A stretch of DNA of 52,199 bases, taken from positions 1,616,258-1,668,456 of the forward strand of contig BCKQ01000001.1 in the NCBI GenBank assembly GCA_001600695.1. Direction: 5' to 3'. Below, piece after piece: positions 44,623 through 52,199 of the stretch (position 1 is its first letter; the number at the start of each line of letters is the position of its first letter). This DNA comes from Ascoidea asiatica JCM 7603. Taxonomy: Eukaryota > Fungi > Ascomycota. The notes beneath the pieces were generated by a model. It saw only the letters and a list, made by a program, of their open reading frames with translations, was not told the DNA's origin and ran no database searches. The translations under genes were made by a program, and so were the position numbers.

Positions 44623-45895
44623 TATGATATTGATTATGTGATTAAAAAGTTATTCTAGACTGAATTTGAATAGAAATTTTGATTTTATTATTATTAATTT
44701 ATTATGAAAATAGGCTAAATAAAAAGATTAGTAAAAATTATCCAATTTATCTAAGATATATATATATATCAAACTAACTATTATATGATTATTACTTGAT
44801 TAGTTCTCCTTCTATTAAAGATAATTTGAAATGTAATGATGAATAAGATTAAAATTAAAATTTATTTCTTAGTTGAATAAGGATAAATTTCTTTTTGATT
44901 ATGATTATGATTATGATTATGGTTGTAATTGTAATTGTTATTGTAATTGAATAACGACTTGATTATATTTTATATTTTTCAATGTTACATACATACCTTC
45001 TTACATTATTCAGCTGCTTACGTAACACACGGAAACTGCTGAGAAACACACAAAAAACAACAAACCACGGAAAATACACGTGATACTCATATCCTTGCCA
45101 TTCCATTACACGGCCGGTTTTAAATGAACCGCGTAAACAGTGTGCCGTAACACATCTAAATTTATTGTTTATCCATGGTTGAAATCCGCATTTACTCACA
45201 CGGTTCCATTTTGGGACAAAAGTAAACACGGATCTCACGCACTTCCATTTCACTGCCATTTTTGTTTTGTTTTTTTTATTTGTTTTAGTAAGTTTTGAGA
45301 CTAAATTTTGCTGATTGAATTCATGAACATTAAAAACTGATGAAGAGGATCAAAAATAAATATTTATTTATTTATTTATTTATCACATCTCTCTAAATCA
45401 CAATAACTTATTAATATATAAGAACTAAACTATTTATTGGCAGGTTTTTGAATATAAATGTTTCACTAAACCTCCAAAGAACTTTCTTTCATACCATCAA
45501 ATCAATAAGGAATACATTTCAATATAAAATCAAAAACAAACAACTGCTGTCAATATAATATAATATATAATATATAATATAGTCCTTAAATCATTAAATC
45601 ATAAAGGAACAGAAGTATCTTAAGAGAACCTCTGAGATTATTAATTATTCTGATACACTGATTCATTAAAATTTTAAATATTCTATTTTTTTTATAATAC
45701 CATTCATTCACTTCATTTTTTTTTTTTTTCAAATTAAGTTTCTTCAATTCAATAGTGTATAATAATAACATAAATATAATATTTCAATCATTTTATATCA
45801 TTTTTTCAATTACAGCATATACCCATTTCCAAGTTATTATTCATTAATTTATTCACTTTTTTTTCATATATTATTAAATTATTAACTTTTAAAAA

Positions 45896-46018
45896 ATGTC
45901 AATAAATTCTATTCAAACTTATTTAAGATTAAAACCATATTATGGAATTGAAGATTCAAAACATCAATTTTCAAATATTCAAATTTTAAAAACTGATCCA
46001 AATCAAATTCAAATATTA

Positions 46019-46063
<45 letters not shown>

Positions 46064-49000
46064 TTAAATTCAAATAATGATTTAAATTTTTGTAAATTTA
46101 ATAAAATATTTAATAAAGATTCAATAAATTTTAATATTTTTAAAAATTTAATATTAAATAATTTAATTGAAAAAAATTTAATTCAAAATCAAATTGATTC
46201 TTTATTTTTCAATTTAGGTCCTTCAAATTCTGGTAAATCTTATACAATTATTGGTAATGATTCTGAACCTGGTTTAATTTTTTATTCTTTAAATCATTTA
46301 ATTAATTTAACTAAAAAATTAAATATTTATAATGATAATAAAAATGAAAATAAAAATGATTATTTATTTAATAAATTAAAAGAATTTTATAAACATGATG
46401 ATTTATTTATTAATTCAAATCAAATTTTTAATAAAAATGATATAAAAGAAAAAGAACTAAAAGAAATTAAACAAATTAAAGAAATTAAAAAAAATTTAAA
46501 TTCAAATGAATATAATCATCCATTTTATGGAATTTCAATAAATATATTTGAATTATATAATGATACAATTATTGATCTTTTAAATCAAAATAATCTTATA
46601 AATTCTTTAAATCTTAAAAAAAATTTAAATTCAAAAATTTCTAAAAATTCAAATTTTGATATAATTAAAGATAAATATGATAGAAAATTAAAACCTTCAA
46701 ATTTAATAACTTTATATTTATCAAATAATCATTTAAATTCAATTGAAATTTTTAAAAATTTAATTTTTAATTCACTTAAATTTAGAAAATTAAATCATAC
46801 AAAATTAAATTCAAATTCAAGTAGATCTCATTTATTTTTTATTTTAAATTTTCATTATTTTAATCCAAATACTAATTTCTTAAAAACTTCAAAATTAACA
46901 ATTTCAGATTTAGCTGGTATTGAAAGATCTTCAGCTGCTGAAACTTTTGGTAAATCAACTTTTAATGAAGGTAATTTCACTAATCAATCTTTAAGTGAAT
47001 TATCAAGAGTTTTAAATTATTTAAATTCAAATCCTGTTAATAACAACAATAATAATAATAATAATAATTTAAATATTCATCTTGATAAATCAATTTTAAG
47101 ATCAAATAAATTATCAAGATTATTATTAACTGATGTTATAGATTCAAGAAATATTTCAATTTTAATAAATTTAGATCCATTTGGTGATTTAAATACAATT
47201 TACTCAACTTTAAGAATTATAAAACCAATTCCAAAATTAAATTTAAAAGCAAAAATAAAAAATAAAGAAATTGAAAAAAATTTAATTAATATTAATGATT
47301 CTAATAATAATAGTAATAATAACGAAATAAATAATCTGAATAATTCAAATACTTCAATACTTATTGATCAAATTAATGAATTAAAATCAAATTTACAAAA
47401 CATTTCTGATTATTTACCAGAATTAGAATATAAAGTAAGACAAGAAGTTTCAATTGAATATGAAAATTTAATTAAAAGAATTGAAGATAAATATTTTATG
47501 TCAAAAAGAAAAAATTATAGTGATAATGAATTATTTATGGATAAAAAATTAGATTTATTAACTGATGATTACAATTCAAAATTAAAAAATCTTGAGTTAG
47601 ATAATCTAGATTTACTTGAAGAAAATTCTAAAATTAAATTAAATTTTGATAAATTAAATAAAAAATTTGAGGCTTCAATGATTGAAAATAAAAATTTAAA
47701 AATTCAATTAGTTAGAAATACTAAAAATAAAAGTTTAATTAAAAGTTCATTTAAAAATTTAAATTATACAAATAATAATTCTCAACAAGGTTCAATATCC
47801 TATATTAAAAATAATGAAGTTATTGATGTTTATAATACTGGTGTTTCACAATCAGTTATTATTGAAAGTACTTCAATAAGTGGTGAAATAAATAATGATT
47901 TAATTAAAGATATTGATGGAGATACAAATATGAATGGAAATTTAAAAAGTCTTCATAATATTGATGCCAATGAAATGATTGGTTCAACTTCTTATGATAT
48001 ACAGCTTCCAAAAGATTCTCGAATGGAATCAGAAATTGAAAATAATGAACATAGTATAATTATTCCTGATTCTACAAGAAATGATATCTATCCTGAAGAT
48101 GATGAGAAAGACGAGGAAGAAAAAGAAGAAGAAGAGAAAAAGGAAACTTATAATAGTGACCTTGATAATTCCATAGATTCAAATTCTGCTAAAATGGATG
48201 AAAAGGATGATATTTCAATCAATCCCAAAAAGAATGATACAATTCAGAAAACTGATAAAGAAGAAAAAAAAAGTAATAAGAAAAAGAATGATAAACCAAA
48301 TGAAGAAGAAAATTCGGAAAAAGAAGCTAATTCTGATTCCAATGAAGATTCCAATGAAGATTCTAATGAAGTTTCTAATGAAGATTCTGAAGTTGATTCC
48401 GAAATTGAAGAAAAGAAAAAATATAAAAGAAAAAAAGAAAAAGAAATCGAAGAAATGAAAAAAAAACTAGAAGAACGAGATTATTCTATGATTGATTCAA
48501 GTCTGGGAGAGGAAAGTAATAATGATGATTTTCCAAAAAGAAGAGCTCCTAGACGAGCAAAAAGATTAGCCCGAAAGAGAATTGATTTAGAAAGTCAAAT
48601 TGAAAATCAATCTTCAAGTGAAGAACTCAGTGAAGATGAAGAAGAAGATAATGAGGATAATGATGATGACAATAGTGAGAATAGTGAAGAGGATGATGAT
48701 GAAGAAGGTGATGATGATAATGAAAATAAGAATGATAGTGGTGAAGAAAGTGATTCAAATGAAATTGATAGTGAAAAAAAGAAGAATATAAAAAAAGATA
48801 ATGAAAATGACAGTATAGAAATAATTGAAACTAAAAAATTGAACAAAAAAAAGGAAATTAAAGATAAAGTATCAATTAAAGAAAATGAAAAAAAGAATAA
48901 AGAATTGAATAAAATTGAAAATGAGAATGAAAATAATGAAGATAGTGAAAGTGATAGTGATAGTGAAGGTGAAAATAAATTTAGCGATGCGAAAAGCAAT

Positions 49001-50140
49001 AATGACAGTGATAATGAGATTGAAATTGAAAAAGAAAAGGAAAATGAAGACGATCTTGATAGTGATAGTGATAACGATAATGAAGATTCTAGTGAAAATG
49101 AAAGTGAAGATGATAATGAAGATAATCAAATGAAAATCAAAACTAAAGGTAAAAGTAAGAATCAAAAAAGGAAAAGTGAAGAAGAGTTATTTGAAAATGA
49201 GAATAAAAGACGAAAAAGTTCAACAAATTCTATAAGAGACAAAGACAAAGACAAAGACAAAGATGAAGAAAAAAATAAAAAAGGAAATAAAAGTAAAAAT
49301 GGAAATGGAAAAAAAAAATCAAAAGAAAAAAGAAAAGCATTTATTTCATATGGTCATTATAGTGAAAGTGATTATGAACCAAGTGATTATGTACCAAGTG
49401 GTAGTGAAGATAGTGATAGTGAATTATATTATGAAAAAAGAAGAAGAAATAGAAAAACTCAAAGAAAAAGAACAATTGAAAATAATACTGATAAAGATAA
49501 AATAAAAGATGAAGAAAAAAAAGATGAAAAGGATAAAATTAAAGAAATAAATATTAAAAGTAATAAAAGTACAATAAAAGGATTAAGAAGTAATAGAAAT
49601 GGAAATAAAAGGAAATTTGAGAATTTAAGTCCTAAAAAGAAAGAAGAAGCAATTCTTAGGAAAAATATTTATGCAGATAATGAAATTGAAGTTCCTATAT
49701 TAACACCATTAAAGTTTGATATAAGTAATATAATTGATGAAAATGAAGATAGTTTAGATTCAAAAGATTTTAAAGAGAAATTGAATGGTAATAATAATAA
49801 TAATAATAATATTAACTATAATGAAAGTTTAAAAGAGAAATTGAAAAGTAATCTTAGAGAAAGTTCAAAAGAAATTGACTATTATTCTACACCTATAAGT
49901 AAAACGAGTAAGAATATTTTAGATAAGGATAAAGATAAAGATAAAGATAAAGATAAAGATAGAGATAAAGAAAAAGATAAATATAAAGAAGATATAAGTA
50001 AGATAATTGGAGAAACAATTTCTATGAAAGTTGTTAAAAGTATAAGTAAAATTGGAAGAAAGACAATGTCATCAAAAAAGAAAAGAATTTTAAAACCTAG
50101 AAAGATATTCATTGATGAAGAGAATGGATCTTTTAATTAG
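45896..50140 (+). CDS. N-terminal kinesin motor protein, kinesin-6 (Klp9/MKLP)-like, with a long charged tail
   Basis: YLRLKP, P-loop GPSNSGKS, FELYND, NSNSSRSH, DLAGIER; long insert between the post-P-loop helix and FELYND; coiled coil LEYKVRQEV...MDKKLDLL. Confidence 0.85.
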
Positions 50141-50268
50141 CATATTAATTTTTTTAATTTTGTACAATAGAATTTTTTTTTTCATTTAATTATTATTTAA
50201 TTATTTATTATTATATACTGTATATATAAAATGTTTTTAGTATACTTTATTAGTTTATTACTTTATTA

Positions 50269-50727
50269 TTATACCAGTCTTCTATCACTCATATAACGAA
50301 TAATTGGACCTAAACCAGTGATGGCAATAGTTTTATCAAACCAAGCTAATAATATACCACCATGAATTTGACCATTTGAAATTGACATTGATTTATAAAG
50401 ATATTTAATTAAAATATCTTGTTGATCAATTGATAAATTTTTAATTAAATTTGAAATTTGATTTTGTTTAATTGAAGTTAAAATTTCTAAAATTAAATTA
50501 AAATAAATTAATTTTGTTTCTTCATTACTATTATAAGGTGGATTAATTAATGATAAATTTAAACATTCTTGAAAATTACCATTTGATAAATAATTTTTAA
50601 TTTTTATTGATCTTGATTTAATTTCTTCAATTGATATAAATGGTGTATCATTTATAATTAAATCTTTATCAGATAATGAATTTTCTGGATCTAAAGCATC
50701 AATATCTATTCTTCTCCAATCTTCCAT
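50269..50727 (-). CDS. ARC15: Arp2/3 complex subunit Arc15 (ARPC5)
   Basis: DWRRIDIDALDPE, PPY, DILIKYLYKSM, LLAW, GLGPIIRYMSDRRLV. Confidence 0.96.
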   Translation of the reverse strand: MEDWRRIDIDALDPENSLSDKDLIINDTPFISIEEIKSRSIKIKNYLSNGNFQECLNLSLINPPYNSNEETKLIYFNLILEILTSIKQNQISNLIKNLSIDQQDILIKYLYKSMSISNGQIHGGILLAWFDKTIAITGLGPIIRYMSDRRLV

Positions 50728-50861
50728 TTTGAAAATTATTATTAAGTTTTATAATATAATTGATTATAACTCAGTATATTTATCTATATCTTTATATCTT
50801 TGTATATAAATATATATTGATGTTGAAATACTACATATATCACCAGATTCAAAAGCAACAA

Positions 50862-50878
50862 CTTCTTCTTCTTCCTCT

Positions 50879-50910
<32 letters not shown>

Positions 50911-50916
50911 TTCTTC
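50862..50916 (+). repeat. (CTT)n microsatellite upstream of ARC15
   Basis: About 18 CTT/CCT units. Confidence 0.85.
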
Positions 50917-51903
50917 TTTTCATTTCGTGTTGTCTCTGACAGACGTTTTACAGACGTTCATCGGTCGTTGGACTGTCAACAAGCTCGAAAACCAGCACGG
51001 TGGATCCCAAAACACTCCTTTTAGGGGATCCGTCCGGAAAGAGAAATAACCAAAAAGGCCTGGTGCAGGACAGTTAGAGAAAAGGCCTGGAATAAGAAAC
51101 TCCTCATAACTGGGCTCACGCATAAATATTTTGCAAAACAGCGCTTGTGACCTGCTTTGCGCTAAACCCATCACCACGGTTCTACATCAACCCACATCGG
51201 GCTGCTTTTTTTATCCCGCAGCCGAGAGCGCTTTTCCCACTGCCAGCGCTCAAAAGACGCCGCTTGTTCGACTTCGGCTTTCGGTCTTGTCTCTAATCAA
51301 GCTCTAATCAAGCTCTGTCAAACTGCTGCTTACATAATCCCCAGTTTAGCTCATTCAACAGTGGATAAACAGTGGATAAACTGTGCACCTTTTTATCCTC
51401 GTCTCTTCAACAGACCTGAGAAATTAACGTTAACTGTGCGAACTTTGCAGTGATTTCCTTTTCGACTTTCCATTTCAATTCGCTTCCACTTCAATTCATT
51501 CATCATAATTTTAATTTCTCAAAAAAATATTAACATCTCAAAGACAAATAACAAATAAAATAAATAAAATAATTTTTGTAAATTAGTCTCACTCACCTCT
51601 TGATTTTGATTCTTGATTCTTTTCTTAATTTATCTTTATCTTTAAATTTAAATTTAAATAAGTATATATTAATACAATCAACTCCTGGTAATCTTTGTTA
51701 ATTTGATACTTTTTTCAATTTTTCCATAATCTTATATATATTTCTTTTCTTTAATCTTCCTTTAAACCAATATTTTTTTTTTTATTTTCATTGAATATTT
51801 CATTCATCCAATAAAAAATAATAGATCATAGACAAATAAATTAATTATAAATTAACATTGTATTTTATATTCATATTCAATTTTTAATCATAATCATAAA
51901 AAG

Positions 51904-52199
51904 ATGTCCTCATTTGTAACAAAGAATTTTTTAAAGAATGCTTCAAGAAGTTATGCAACTTCAGTTGCAAAATTTAATGGTACAAAAAATAAAGATGGTA
52001 AATATTTAGTTACTTTAATTGAAGGTGATGGTATAGGTATTGAAATTTCAAAAGCTGTTAAAAAAATTTATTCTGCTGCAAATGTACCAATTGATTGGGA
52101 ACCTGTTGATGTAACTCCATTATTAATTAATGGTAAAACAACTTTACCAAAAGAAAGTATTGAAAGTGTATTTAAAAATAAAGTTGCTTTAAAAGGTCC
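51904..52199 (+). CDS. IDH2: Mitochondrial NAD-dependent isocitrate dehydrogenase subunit 2, 5' partial (runs off the window)
   Basis: MSSFVTKNFLKNASRSYATS presequence, then GKYLVTLIEGDGIGIEISKAVKKIYSAANVPIDWEPVDVTP...NKVALKG. Confidence 0.93.
   Translation, partial: MSSFVTKNFLKNASRSYATSVAKFNGTKNKDGKYLVTLIEGDGIGIEISKAVKKIYSAANVPIDWEPVDVTPLLINGKTTLPKESIESVFKNKVALKG

Noticed and set aside
1-52199. tRNA, rRNA, CRISPR arrays, intact transposons, point centromere
   Set aside because: None recognised; the RTCACGTG sites are not followed by a clear CDEII/CDEIII arrangement and sit in promoters

Overview
Very AT-rich, gene-dense chromosome segment from a budding yeast (Saccharomycotina). The evidence is yeast-type genes, GTATGT/TACTAAC/TAG introns and gene neighbourhoods shared with S. 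cerevisiae. The poly-Asn proteome resembles Ascoidea-like yeasts, but that placement is inference only. There are 18 complete protein-coding genes and one partial: SNU114, an INO2-like bHLH, an SDD3-like M16 peptidase, EBP2, RPL17 (intron), SWI3, PAN1, TIM17, RPB4, a KTR/YUR1 mannosyltransferase, an ASI2-like membrane protein, EFM4, VMA13 (intron; absent from the ORF track), YRB2, SAM synthetase, MOT2/NOT4, a kinesin-6-like motor, ARC15 and the 5' part of IDH2. The best candidate novelty is an unannotated, independently transcribed box H/ACA-like RNA (minus strand, about 33083-33236). It has a TATA/RRPE/PAC/Tbf1-type promoter and a 3' pocket that fits an 18S ES6 uridine not known to be modified in S. 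cerevisiae. Other points: GC-rich promoter islands in an AT-rich genome, compositional domains, a retained kinesin-6 and unusual promoter motif sets. Gene identities come from recalled motifs, not database searches.
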